DNA of 33,702 nt from Basidiobolus ranarum (Eukaryota). The translations under genes and the position numbers were made by a program. Shown here in pieces: positions 9,744 to 21,771 of the stretch (positions are counted from its first letter, which is position 1; each line of letters begins with the position of its first letter). The notes beneath the pieces were generated by a model, which did no database searches, had not been told where the DNA came from, and saw nothing but the letters and a program-made list of their open reading frames with translations. The stretch spans positions 1 to 33,702 of the forward strand of contig JASJQH010006947.1 in the NCBI GenBank assembly GCA_040143965.1, read 5' to 3'.

Positions 9744-10465
9744 ATAAATTGTATTTCATTGTAAATTTGAGTTTATTGCATCCTTTGGCCTAACCGTAAC
9801 TACCCCCCTCCCACCACCATATTGGTGTCCAACTAATCATTTGGATTGAAACCTTTGAACTGCCTACTAATACTTGCCTTTATCTATTTGATCCGGAGAA
9901 CTATTTAATAAATGCAGTTCAAAAGGGGCCATCTCTGAACTATTGGTCACAAAACATTGCATTTGAATTACAGCCCTTTCATATTTAATACTTTTAAATG
10001 AAACAGCTAAAACTCTGCTTTTTAATGTCAGAATTGCGGTAAATATGTAGAAGCTGCAACAATCTGCAATATCCTTGTTTGGTCCAATATCCCGTATTTT
10101 GCGATCCCATCTTTCCTTCCCTTCCTTTATTCTCAATTCTAATTAGCTTGTATCGTACTATTCGTATACTGATAACTTCTTACTTTTCTGTTATTGAGCT
10201 TCACTAGCATTCTTCTTTTAGACCTTTTCTTCTTAGAATTATCTGTTATTCGGAGTGCGAACTTCTTTTTTCTTTCTATAATTTACCATCAATACGATTT
10301 CTACTTCGCTTAGTCAGTAACATTCGTCTGCAATTAGCTCTATTATATTATCGCCTTTAACATTTTATATATACACATTTCTGTAAAAGAAAGCGTCCCT
10401 AGACAGCATTATAATTTAACGCCTCTTAACACGGCCTGTGAATAGCCTAAGCCTCTCGCTTCATC

Positions 10466-11930
10466 ATGTCTAAGCCAGATTTATTTGAAAGGCGTAAAAT
10501 GAAGAGTGTATCTAAGCCAACGACAAAAGATGATTTTGAGGTAAATTTGTTTATCTCCTTCATATATATCTGCAAATGCTTACTTTTTTCTTTATTTTGT
10601 AAATTTCTCATTTATACAATAGCTTGATAAAAATTCACTCGGCGAGTCATCACAAAATAACTCTTCAAAACATATCATACCGACTCCTCCCTCTTCGCCA
10701 CTGGTTTTGACATCTTCACGAGCTGGTCCTTCTTCAGTATTGTGTCTACAACAGCAACCTTTTATTTCCTCTGCAATTACCATTCAAGCCCCTGAAACCA
10801 ATGAGAAAGTCACTGACTTGGTTTCCATAAGGTCTGGCTCATATTCACCTACTGTTCACTCGTCCTCCGAATCCGAACCCTATGTTCACAATTTTAAATC
10901 GCCTGAATGCCAGCATTTTGCACCGGAGCTACTATATAAAATATTCTCATATCTTTCATTCACGCAAGCATCGCTGGGAGCTTGCGCGCTTGTTTGTAAA
11001 CAGTGGAATTCCATTGCATGTACTATTCTTTGGCGTCGACCCATATTTACCTCACTCAGCTCGGTCGAAAAATTTATCTCCGCACTTAATATAGATCTCA
11101 CATTGCAGCCTGATCTTTCGTCACTTCCTCCACCTTGCCTCACACCCTCGTCCTCTAATATATCGAGCTCACCGATTGCCTCCACATCTTCGTTTACTGT
11201 AAGCAGCACCAGTGAATATGGTGGTCTCACTCCATCTGATCACACACCCTGTTCTGATATGAATTCCCATAATAATCATTCAGAAATAGCAGCGCAACGA
11301 TACGCCTCACTAGTTCGCATCATCGATTTTACGTTATTAGATGAGATACACCGGAATAGTACAGTTCTATCACATCATATAGTCCGTTTGATCCCATTAG
11401 TACAACCAAGCCTCCAGTGTCTTGATCTTGGCTTTAACAAAGGGGTTAAGAATTTTGATTTACAACGGCTTTCCCCCTGGCTCTCTAATCTTACCTCATT
11501 AAATCTTGCTGGTGGTGGACGTACAGACATAGTACTTACCAAGTTGAGTAAGCATTGTCCAAATTTGACCCGACTTTCTGTAAGTTGGAACTCACAGCTT
11601 ACTGACTTTGGGTTTGTGGAGATGGCTAGACATTGTCGAAAATTACGAGCTCTTGATCTTACCAATTGTGCACAAATTACCGATACTGGAGTTATGGCAT
11701 TAGCGGTATATTGTACACAATTACGAGTATTGAGTGTCTCATATTGTCAATGTGTTGGAGAGGTAGCCATTTGGGAACTAGTTCGAAGTTGTAAAGAGTT
11801 GAAATTAATCAACGCTTTAGGATGTATCAACTTATCTAGAAGGTTCCCAGATGAACTTAAAGTGAAATATCCCGAACTTCTAATTAATGTACCAGGTGTC
11901 CTTCCATTTTACTATCCAGAAATTGCTTAG
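10466..11930 (+). CDS. F-box/leucine-rich-repeat protein (Grr1/FBXL-like), 460 aa; join(10466..10540,10623..11930)
   Basis: Exon 1 MSKPDLFERR...DDFE, phase-0 intron 10541-10622 (GTAAAT...AATAG), in frame with the long ORF. F-box FAPELLYKIFSYL...ACALVCKQWNSIACTILW. Cys-containing LRRs (CPNLTRLSVSWNSQLTD, CRKLRALDLTNCAQITD). Confidence 0.9.
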
Positions 11931-13545
11931 ATTTCTCACTTCCATTCCCACTCCCCCACTCACATTATCACCCTAACTCGTTTGCCTTGATACTTTGAGC
12001 TTTTCTCTTCAAAATTCCCCTTTTCAAATCGAACCAAATAGGTTGATATTTTAGCGTATGAAGAAATTATATGTATATATATACATATACATGTATAACG
12101 TCTACCACTCCTTCTATTATAACTCATAAGGTAACGAGTGAACTAAGGAAGTCTTTGAATTGATTTTCAGTGCTTGTGAATCCGTAACTATGTTAATTAT
12201 CATTTGATATATAAGGACCAAGTTGGGTATATATGACATATTCTCAACCAACATTGGATTATATTGTTCATTTATTTTCACTCAGCCCAGACCCAGACCC
12301 AACAACCTCCACTCTCAACTTCAGCCCCCCCTCCCCAACTAAACCTCTCACTTAAACTTCCACTCATTATAAATGAATCTTCATTATACCATATAGTTTA
12401 AAAGAAACTAATTTATGCTTACTCTATAATTTTTATCTTGTGAATACTGTTCATTGGAAATATTCTAAACATTTTTATCCGATTCATTTCGGTTTATTCC
12501 GGAGAAATTCATGATTTTCCTTTCAGATATATTTCTAGAATATTCATTTACCTTATACGTCATACAGGGGAGGATATCAATTGGAATTTAATTGGCTCTA
12601 GTATGTCACTGTATTCGTTATTTTAATCATTCAAGAGAATATTGAATTGGTGGTGTAACAAATAAAATTTCATTCAAAAATGGTGTTGATGAGGATAGAA
12701 TCTCTAGAATAAAGGTGTCGTGTGAGTCTTTGACTACGGATATATAGAAAGCATCTATCCTATCTGTAAACTGTAAATAGTAATATAATACTTGACCTTA
12801 TCCCTCCTACCAGGTCAACGTATTAAACAAAAAGGATGTATTATTAAACCACCAATACGTTGGATTACTTCTTTCGAAGAAAATGCTGAATTTGAAGTAA
12901 TTTGTACTGTGGTTCTCCTGGCATATAGGGTTCATCTGTATCAATCAGTGTTGACCTGAATGTCTTCTGATAACCAAGCTATCTATTATCAAGGACAAGC
13001 AAATTCAAAAATCATCTAAAGAATACTAATGTATGATTTCTTTTATATTCAAAAAAATGATCTAACATGTATTAAACAATCGTTGACTAAATTATTGCTA
13101 GTCAAATAAATCAATGGTTTAAAAATGAGTATATATGTGGTCATATGTACAGATGGATTGGGGGTTTTTCTTATTTCCTTTTTCTATTTTTTTCTTTTTT
13201 TTTTCTCGCTTGGTAAACTAGAGAACGTAAGAAACTCGTTAAAATGTGAAAAAAAAAATGGGTACATGGGATGGTAGTCATCTAGAACCAAACTTCAGTG
13301 ACAGCGAATTACTTCACTGTCTTTTACAGGTTTTTTTGGATTTTCTGTTCTAACTGTAGCAAAGAAAAAAATGATTGGAAAAGTGTGGAGTCCGGGAAGA
13401 AAAAACATCAGATTCACTTATAGGTTGAATAACAAAATGTAAGCATACGTTGAAACATAAGTAGTTATATCAGATCAGCCTCATGGCGGATCCAATTTCA
13501 AAAAGAATGCAAGGAATACGGTGGGTGATAGTAACGGAAAACTAT

Positions 13546-14352
13546 TTACAAGAGAAATGATTGCAGAGGCTGATGGCGATTGAACCCTTCGCTACCACGG
13601 TTTCTTTTATACGAATGCTTACTGCACGCAATAAGTTCATTTTTAACTGTAAGATGACAACCGCAGGGCGCCTGGGTGGGTTGCGCATCCCAAGCTTGAG
13701 CTTGAGCGGCGGTATTCAAGTTATGTTGAAGAGTGCTTAACCATTGATTGTATTCATCAGAGCTGACAAATAAATCATAGCGTAATGCGGTCAAGAATTC
13801 AATCTCAACGAAATTTAAGACATGAATGGGGAAACCAGCAGTTTCTGACCATGTTTGATTAGTATAAACTAGGTCGTCGTGAAACTTGGCGGCGGTAATC
13901 AGGGCAACAGTGAACAATAGGAATTCATGACCAGGCTCTGGTTTAGCCATCGGATTGTTCACCTTGTACTGGTGGAGATATTTCACACTAAGAAGAATAG
14001 AAGCGGAGCTGATATACAGCTTACGCATAAGTTCTTTAGCGTAGTTTCTGAAGGCGGGACTCGCGGAGTAGGAACCCCAGGTGTTGCTTCCATGAATGAT
14101 ATTATATACCACATCAGCAATTAAGCCTGTGATATCGGGGTGGTCTTCCAAGCTCGGTGCCGTGAAGCCACTGGAGGTGTGCATCGCGGGCACCTGTTGT
14201 GGTTGAACCATACCAGTAGACTGCAATGCAGTCGGTTGGTATTGGGCACTTGAGTGATGATAGAAAGGGACATAACCTAGATTTGAACGATTCGAGGTAC
14301 CATTATTGGAGTTGGGTACAGACCAATGATATTGGGAGTCCAAGGTGTTCAT
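13546..14352 (-). CDS. Pho85-type cyclin (Pcl/Clg1-like), 268 aa
   Basis: Cyclin box LFTVALITAAKFHDDLVYTNQTWSETAGFPIHVLNFVEIEFLTALRYDLFV, typical of the PHO80-like cyclin family. First ATG at 14352. Confidence 0.9.
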   Translation of the reverse strand: MNTLDSQYHWSVPNSNNGTSNRSNLGYVPFYHHSSAQYQPTALQSTGMVQPQQVPAMHTSSGFTAPSLEDHPDITGLIADVVYNIIHGSNTWGSYSASPAFRNYAKELMRKLYISSASILLSVKYLHQYKVNNPMAKPEPGHEFLLFTVALITAAKFHDDLVYTNQTWSETAGFPIHVLNFVEIEFLTALRYDLFVSSDEYNQWLSTLQHNLNTAAQAQAWDAQPTQAPCGCHLTVKNELIACSKHSYKRNRGSEGFNRHQPLQSFLL

Positions 14353-16264
14353 AAACAATAGATTAAAGAAAGAGGATATTCAAAAAGTACCCTTGTCTAT
14401 CTAACGACTCTTCGTAAGTAAAGGAGAGGGATGGGGGGAAGGCGGTGATCACCAGAAAAGCAGAAGCAAGTTCAGTGCGATACAGATCCATCATGGCAAG
14501 ACTGGCCTTTATATACGACGCTCACTCTATCACCAATTAATTATTCAACACACATAAATAAGGAAAGGGAAAAAAAGAAGGAATGATCCAGAAAATACAT
14601 ATATAATTTATACAGATAGAATAGGATAGTTATGGATTTACTAGTGATTAATGATACTTTGAGGGTGAACCAATGAATAGGCGAGTCTAGTGCATGGTAC
14701 CAACCTCCAAGCAAAATTTATCTATGATGATTGTTGATACGCGCCTTGAAGATATGGATGCAGCTGCGGCTTTCATCATCTGATGATTACTCTTATTTAT
14801 GAAAGTTAACTTACAAGCATTCATCTAAGCATCTTCAGCGTCCAGAGCATTCAAACACATAAAGTCCAATTTCGTGATGATTCGCCGATTGTTGAATGTT
14901 TTCTTCAAAATCCAAGTTCAACAGCAGAAGCCTACTCGCTACACGATTGGATGAATTTATAGACAATTCATTTGTCAGACATTTCCTCGCTAGTTATAAG
15001 TTCGAATTGCGTCTCATTGGGCCTTACTTAGTAAGCTGCAGTCAAAGTTCCTAACCAAAGAAATAGCTTAACATTGTTTATTTCTGGATCAACCATATCA
15101 AGGCAGTACTAACCCTGTAGCCCTATGACATAATAATATTTGATTTAATCATCCGATTTAGCCCTTGCTTTGTCTGAAACTGAGCCACAGGCGATGGTGA
15201 TAGAAAAGATCGCACAATTTTGATTAAGCCGGTGTTTGTGTTGGGTAAGGGCTGGAAAGAAAGCCCCACACATATTGATTGAGAATCCTTTGAAGCTAAT
15301 ACAAGGGATGTTATTGGTGACGCAAACTGATTGAAGAGGTGAAAGTCTAGTCAGGTCATCGATAGTGTTCGGTATGCTAGTTGATTTCTCCTAGAGGCTC
15401 CTAAACATCCAATAACTCGGCCATTGCTCTTTTTCACATGAAAACAGTACACGTTTGCAACATCGTTTATCGCATGGATTTTTGGAAATCTAAGCCACTC
15501 ACCCCTTAGGATGGACCATGGATGACCCTAACCCTACATAAAGAAAAGCATTCCCTGTAGGTTGACTGCTTATATATATTCCATAACCCTGGCTGTAAGC
15601 AGGAATAAATTCAAACTCTACTCGCATACATTGACCCAAGCTTTCCCTAACCCTATATCCACTCCAGTGTTATCTCAGTAGTTAAAGGTGTTGAAACAAC
15701 CCCTTTATTATAAAATAGCATTATACCAATGGTGGGAATATCATCATAGAAGCAAGATCTATACGGTGTTATCTCAACATAAACTTATCACTAAAAGCTT
15801 GGTTAAAATGCTACCCAGACCTTGAATAAAGAAAGTCGGAAGATGCCAGGTAAGGACAGAAGTAAATCCATGGGATTCATGTAGTGAATGGATACTTGGA
15901 TTGATCTAGAAATCACAAACGAGCATGCACGCATACATATATAGTCTCATGATCTTAATTACGACAAATCTCAATCAATTGTCTCATGAATGAGGTAGTT
16001 CAAAATACCTTTTTTATTTTACCTTATTTAAGCATACTCGGCCTGGGCTGGTTACCAAAAAGGGGAGGGGATTGCACCGACGTAGATGCTATCCACTCAA
16101 ACGTAGTCAACTCTAGGGCTTAATTCACAACTGTAGCTGTAGTTCTATTATCTTTCTCACTTTCGTTACTTGCCATTTTTTAAATACTATTATTTCATAC
16201 TTATACAAATATTCACAACTACATACTCTTTACTCTACCACAAATAAGTAAACATCACTTCTCT

Positions 16265-18262
16265 ATGTCGCACATCCAATCCAATACGTACAGTCAGGGC
16301 TCTTCTATGCAAACAAACGATTCAAATGAAGACAGATACTATGGAAAGACACGCATCTCCGATTCTAGCAATGTATTCCAAAATGGTAAGGAAAATAGAA
16401 ATGGAAAGCGGACAGATAGCCGTTCCTCAACTCCAGTCTCTCGAGAAAACTCTTTCCAAAAGAACAGACCTACCCACAATGGTAGGGTAGGTCAAGGGTT
16501 TTCCAGTGACTCCCGCAAGAAAGGAAAGACTCAACAACCACATGCAGAGGTGGACTTCTCAAATAATTATGAAAGCTATAAGAAAGTAAAACCATCTGGA
16601 GAGTCATCAGCTCAAAATAGTCCTGTTATCACTAGAGTATCCAGTACAGAGTCTAATTCTGCCAACACTCTTGATAACAAAATTTCTGCTTGGCATTCGC
16701 TCGCACCCAGTGATGAAAATGGACATCGCTCAGTAGGTTCCGGACAGCTTCACAGGAGAGGGAAAAACTACAAGCCAGTAGGCGAGAGACGTATCATTGT
16801 TCAAAAAGAAACTCGGAATGCTAACAGAAAAAAACCCACATCTCAGCGTACAGGCACAGGCTATTCTACAAAGTCCTCTACTCCTGGGTTTGTTTGGCAA
16901 GAAGAACCCAATAAATCTGTACAAAAAGCACCAATTCCTTCAAAAGCTAAGAATTATATTGATACACAAAAAGTGGACGTCTCGACAGAGGAAGCCTCGA
17001 AAGCAACTGAGCTAAAACAAAGAGATCTCGCAGTTCCCAAAAGCAAAGGTGGAAAAACCTCAAGCATAGCAAGTACTAGTAAACTTCGAGTTGATTGTCC
17101 GGAATTTAAGCCTTCTCTGAATTTTGATTTTTCAAAGCTCAACTTCAATTCCAATAAGACTGCAACCGAGACTGTGAAATACAATCTATCAGCAAGTGGT
17201 GAGATTGACCAGAATAAAGAGCCGAGAATTGAAGGGAAAAGAAGTAGAAGTGACACGGGTTCTTCTACTCCTTCACAGGACTTATCTCATATATCTAATG
17301 ACATTACTACCCCATCAAGCACAGCAACGACACCAAAACTTTCTGGATTTAACCTGTCGTCTCGTTGGAATTTAAATGCTCCCGCTTTTGTTCCCAAAAG
17401 TGCATTTTCATTTGTTCCCTCAACCCCACCTACAATTGAGAGCAAAATTCCTACCGCCACAGCAACATCCACATCTAATGACTACACAATGACTGGCAAA
17501 AAAGACGAAGACTTCAAATACCAAAACCCGAGTGTCTTCCAATATCCTGAACAAACCGAATATCAATTCGAACCCACCTTCCATGCACAACCGGAAGCAT
17601 ATGACAGACATCTTTATACAGCTTCTGAGTTCACTTATCTGACATCCAACTACCAGGGATTGAACGAGTTAGATTATCCGGCTAATCAGGTGGAAGAGTT
17701 TCATTATACTGCCAACGAGGCGTCTAATGACACTGAATTTATCTATGACAGGGGATTCGAGGGTGAGGCAGTCTACCCGACTCCTGAAGAAGAATACGTC
17801 TATCCCTCAGACAAGAATGACTTCCAGTATAGCCATCAATATGAGGCAAGCCACTACTTACCGGCTGAGGTAGAGGTGAAACCACTATCACAAACGATAT
17901 TCAAGTTTTCAAAACCTGAAAGTAAGAAGGAAACATCTAATATTGAGCCTAAACCAGCTAGCTCTCGAGTAAATGGATCACCATCACAAACCAACTCCAG
18001 GTCCGGAAATAGGGATGAAGTTTCGACTGATAACAGTGGAGGCTTAAAAAATCAAGAGATCAAAGAATCAGAATCACTTGTTGTCGGAGTTGAGCTGAAG
18101 GATGGCTCCATTCAGCCAATCGAAATCTACCCTAACGATGATTTGGAAAGTAAAGCTCGCCAGTTTTGCACTCTTTGGGATATATCTGGTAGAAAAATAG
18201 TGCAGAGATTGGCATCTAGACTAGCTCAAGAACGAGAGAACCATCCTCTACGCATATCTTAA
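16265..18262 (+). CDS. Largely disordered 665-aa protein with two PAM2-like motifs and a small C-terminal PFU-like globular domain
   Basis: Long intronless ORF. SKLRVDCPEFKP (17078-17113) and SRWNLNAPAFVP (17360-17395) fit the PAM2 consensus SxLNxxAxEFxP. C-terminal VGVELKDGSIQPIEIYPNDDLESKARQFCTLWDI. Confidence 0.75.
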   Translation: MSHIQSNTYSQGSSMQTNDSNEDRYYGKTRISDSSNVFQNGKENRNGKRTDSRSSTPVSRENSFQKNRPTHNGRVGQGFSSDSRKKGKTQQPHAEVDFSNNYESYKKVKPSGESSAQNSPVITRVSSTESNSANTLDNKISAWHSLAPSDENGHRSVGSGQLHRRGKNYKPVGERRIIVQKETRNANRKKPTSQRTGTGYSTKSSTPGFVWQEEPNKSVQKAPIPSKAKNYIDTQKVDVSTEEASKATELKQRDLAVPKSKGGKTSSIASTSKLRVDCPEFKPSLNFDFSKLNFNSNKTATETVKYNLSASGEIDQNKEPRIEGKRSRSDTGSSTPSQDLSHISNDITTPSSTATTPKLSGFNLSSRWNLNAPAFVPKSAFSFVPSTPPTIESKIPTATATSTSNDYTMTGKKDEDFKYQNPSVFQYPEQTEYQFEPTFHAQPEAYDRHLYTASEFTYLTSNYQGLNELDYPANQVEEFHYTANEASNDTEFIYDRGFEGEAVYPTPEEEYVYPSDKNDFQYSHQYEASHYLPAEVEVKPLSQTIFKFSKPESKKETSNIEPKPASSRVNGSPSQTNSRSGNRDEVSTDNSGGLKNQEIKESESLVVGVELKDGSIQPIEIYPNDDLESKARQFCTLWDISGRKIVQRLASRLAQERENHPLRIS

Positions 18263-18545
18263 TAAACAGCTTGTACTTTTGAGCTTACCCTAGGCCATCT
18301 GAGAATAAATATCCACCCTTCGCTAGAGTATGCTGTGCTCTGTTTCTAAAGATATTTACAGTGTAACCGCTCGATGTACTTCCTGATCTTCACCAACTAC
18401 TAAGCCATCAGAATAGCCCGCCTCCACCCAGAATAGGAAATGGATCCATCAAATCATGATTTGTACGAGTATTTTATTGATACAAATGAATTAAAAGGAA
18501 CTAAATAATTTAAGCGAAGATAATATCATGACAACAGAAGTTTCT

Positions 18546-19802
18546 TTACTTCATGGACTCTGCTAAATGTCTGCTAATGATCAGACGTTGAATTTGGGAA
18601 GTTCCTTCATAGATTTGGAAGATTTTGGCATCACGCATTAATTTTTCGACCGGATATTCGGTATTGTATCCATTGCCACCAAATATTTGTACTGCGTCAG
18701 CAGCACACTTATTGGCTACTTCAGATGCAAGTGCTTTAGCAATACTTGCGTAATATGTATTACGTTGGCCCTGATCACGCATCCATCCGGCTCTCCAAAC
18801 CATCATACGAGAGGATTCAACACCCATGGCCATGTCTGCGAGCATGAAAGAGATTGCCTGATGTTGAATAATTGAGCGTCCCATAGTTTTGCGTTCCATC
18901 GAGTATTTCAAAGCTTCATCTAGAGCACGACGAGCAAGTCCGACAGCACCGGCAGCAACCAATGGACGAGTGATATCAAAAGCCCCCATGGCAATCTTGA
19001 ATCCCTTGCCAACCTCACCTAAACGATTTTCATCCGACACTTCAACATCTTCAAATGTGATACCACGGGTGTCACTAGCTCTTTGACCCATGTTGATTTC
19101 TTTACGACCAACGGAAATTCCTGGGGAATCAGCGTCTACAATGAATCCGGTGAAAGCATCACCAGCTCTGGCACTAGCATCAGTTTTAGCTAACACAAAG
19201 TACCAGTTGGCTTTTCCACCATTTGTGATCCACATCTTTTGACCATTAAGGATCCATTTATCTCCCTTCTTTTCAGCTTTGGTTTGGATACTAGCTACAT
19301 CAGATCCAGCGATAGGCTCAGTGACGCAATAAGCGGCCATTAAAGGCTCCTCAGACATTCTACCCAAGTATTTCTTCTTTTGCTCGTGGCTAGCAGCCAA
19401 GATGACAGGAGCTTCAGCAAGACCGTTGGCCTCCATAGCGGTTTGAATACCGGTACAACCATAAGCCAATTCTTCACTGACTATGGCACTATCCAAAACA
19501 CCCAAGCCCATACCTCCGTAATCTTGAGGAATGTGCAAGTTGACTAGACCAAGCTCCCAAGCTTTCTTGATGATCTCAGTTGGATATTCACCAGTCTGAT
19601 CATGATAAGCTGCCTTTGGAATGATCTCTTCTGCGGTGAATTTACGTGCTAATTCTTGAATGGATTGCTGGTCTTCAGTAAGTGCAAAGGCGGGACCTCC
19701 AACAGGAACTTCCGAGGACAAGTAACGGCGAGCAATGGTTGGTAGCAAACAAGATTGACGAGATAGAGTCTTGAGGGGATTAACGATGGTTTTCACGATC
19801 AT
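18546..19802 (-). CDS. ACADM: Mitochondrial medium-chain acyl-CoA dehydrogenase, 418 aa, intronless
   Basis: Arg/Ser-rich presequence. [74 protein letters not shown] (catalytic Glu in YEGT, MCAD type). Confidence 0.96.
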   Translation of the reverse strand: MIVKTIVNPLKTLSRQSCLLPTIARRYLSSEVPVGGPAFALTEDQQSIQELARKFTAEEIIPKAAYHDQTGEYPTEIIKKAWELGLVNLHIPQDYGGMGLGVLDSAIVSEELAYGCTGIQTAMEANGLAEAPVILAASHEQKKKYLGRMSEEPLMAAYCVTEPIAGSDVASIQTKAEKKGDKWILNGQKMWITNGGKANWYFVLAKTDASARAGDAFTGFIVDADSPGISVGRKEINMGQRASDTRGITFEDVEVSDENRLGEVGKGFKIAMGAFDITRPLVAAGAVGLARRALDEALKYSMERKTMGRSIIQHQAISFMLADMAMGVESSRMMVWRAGWMRDQGQRNTYYASIAKALASEVANKCAADAVQIFGGNGYNTEYPVEKLMRDAKIFQIYEGTSQIQRLIISRHLAESMK

Positions 19803-19992
19803 ATTGTTTATTAGAGTTATTATGGGTGAAGTGAGTGTGTACTACTAACAATAGTGTGAAAGGTCTATCGGGATGTGGTGAAGAGTGATGTGGTTAAATC
19901 AGTCAGGCAGGGTCTATAACTTTATACTATTGATGGGTTCAGGAGAGTCAGGAGGGTGTGACTAAGGATTGTTATGAAAAGGACGGAAGAAT

Positions 19993-20246
19993 CACGTGTA
20001 ATCAGTGTCTTAAGTTGCATGAGTCATTACAAAGAGTAATTAATATCTAAATTTGGATGAGGATAGTGATCTTTTGTATGGAGAATCACTGGCTCATTGT
20101 CCTAATGACAAGCAAACGTCCTTAGCAGTGAGATATCGAGTTATGCAACCTGTATCACCATCGGATTCTAGCTTACAAAAGCCACGTGAAGACTTTGCTG
20201 ATTTATTGCACTTGACACAGTTTGGAATGTAGCGCTCATTCACGTG
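19993..20246. promoter_or_regulatory. Cluster of three CACGTG E-boxes in the divergent ACADM / GPI-protein intergenic region
   Basis: CACGTG at 19993-19998, 20183-20188 and 20241-20246. Confidence 0.4.
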
Positions 20247-20638
20247 ATAGCTTTGAGGAATGCGGTCGTGGGAAAAAAGAGCAGTCCCATCAGAGCTTAT
20301 CCATCAGATGTTATATCATCTCGAAGTTACAACAGAGCCTACATACCAATTAATCAGATGTTACAAAGAAATGTATCTTGTTTCGTTTAGGAGGAAATAT
20401 TACTCCAGATAACGATGTTGCAATAAATAATCTACTTGACTATTCAGTTATGTGTACGCTACCTGCTCAATATGTCTTGTGAGAAGTATTGATGCAATCA
20501 ACATGACGTCCATATTCGCTACTGAAATCAAATAAGCTTTCTCACTTAACGTTTGATTTATGAAAGATTGTCGCTCAATGTTTATATAAACTTCCGTGTT
20601 CTATTCAGTCAAGTATTAGCACTAAACATCTTTTACAA

Positions 20639-21541
20639 ATGAAGAGATTTAACTTTGGACTCTTGATAGTTGCACTTTCTACGTTGACCGAAAGATCACT
20701 AGGAAGCGGCGTGGAACCACGAGCGAACGACATGCCCGGTGTCTACCAAAACCCATCAGTATCTGGATTCCAATGGCCAGCGGGCCAGAGGTTCATGGTG
20801 GGAAACGGTAACAACCCTGGAGTTTACTTTTTGCCTGTTACTCCACAACAGGCACAACAACCAGATTTTTCTAAATTTCTTCAATCGTTACAATCAGGTG
20901 CTTCAAATCCTTTTTTCCAGACATCTAATACCGCTCCAAAATCACCTGTTCTTCTGGTACCTGGAATTACTAAGCCAAATATGCCGCCATCGGTCCCCAA
21001 CGCACCTAAATTACCGGTGATAGCACCTGCCTCTCCAGTTCAACTCAATAACCAGGATAAGCTGATTGCCCCTCAACCTCTGCCTATTCCTAAAGATGTA
21101 ATAGTTGAGAAGCCGGTTAATCACCCACCACTTCCAGAGCCAGTTAATCGCCCAGAGTTGGTTAATTCGCAGGTGATTCTAACGGTACTACCCACCCCAG
21201 ATTCGCCATTACCTAAACAGAGTGAGTCGAGTCCACAAGAATCAGTGCAAAATACTGTACCACCTGCTAGTCAAACACCAGCAGCAGCAACCAACTCGGC
21301 ACAAACATCTCCTGCTCAAACCCATGCCGCTTCAAACAGAAAGGCAACCTCCGGAACTTCAACCCATAAATCTACCACTCAGACCACCTCAAATTCCAAA
21401 GCCAGTTCCACAACTCGTTCCACTACTACTCGTTCCCCTACTCCAACTGCAGAGGCTAACTGGGCACTCGATAAGATTGATCCGAATAAATCACTGGTGT
21501 TATTTACACTGTTGGTATTCACCAACTGGGTACGAGGTTGA
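20639..21541 (+). CDS. Secreted Pro-rich then Ser/Thr-rich protein, probably GPI-anchored, 300 aa
   Basis: Signal peptide MKRFNFGLLIVALSTL..., Pro/Gln-rich middle, Ser/Thr stalk and hydrophobic C-terminus SLVLFTLLVFTNW. TATATAAA at about 20583. Confidence 0.78.
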   Translation: MKRFNFGLLIVALSTLTERSLGSGVEPRANDMPGVYQNPSVSGFQWPAGQRFMVGNGNNPGVYFLPVTPQQAQQPDFSKFLQSLQSGASNPFFQTSNTAPKSPVLLVPGITKPNMPPSVPNAPKLPVIAPASPVQLNNQDKLIAPQPLPIPKDVIVEKPVNHPPLPEPVNRPELVNSQVILTVLPTPDSPLPKQSESSPQESVQNTVPPASQTPAAATNSAQTSPAQTHAASNRKATSGTSTHKSTTQTTSNSKASSTTRSTTTRSPTPTAEANWALDKIDPNKSLVLFTLLVFTNWVRG

Positions 21542-21771
21542 GTAGAATTCAATTCAATTAGTTGATCCTTTAATCAATTTCATTCTCACATATCCAATTT
21601 TACTTTGATTTTCTTGGCAGTCTAAATCCAACAATAAACTCAGTTTAACTACATTTATTCTGGATGCTGGACATTTGTTTGTCTAAAAAAATGACGGATG
21701 TAATGAAAAATAATGAATCTAATTATATGCGATGATATGTTCGAAAAAGGCTCGATATATGGTCATGAGCT

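Noticed and set aside
11931-13545. Long intergenic stretches (also 14353-16264) checked for spliced genes, RNA genes or transposon ends
   Set aside because: No convincing exon chain, cloverleaf or terminal repeat was seen by eye. C-rich, poly-T and (TA)n tracts look like ordinary low complexity. A small gene could still have been missed.
15526-15656. CCCTAACCCTA telomere-like words (also at about 25028)
   Set aside because: Fewer than two full units each, which is not an interstitial telomere array.
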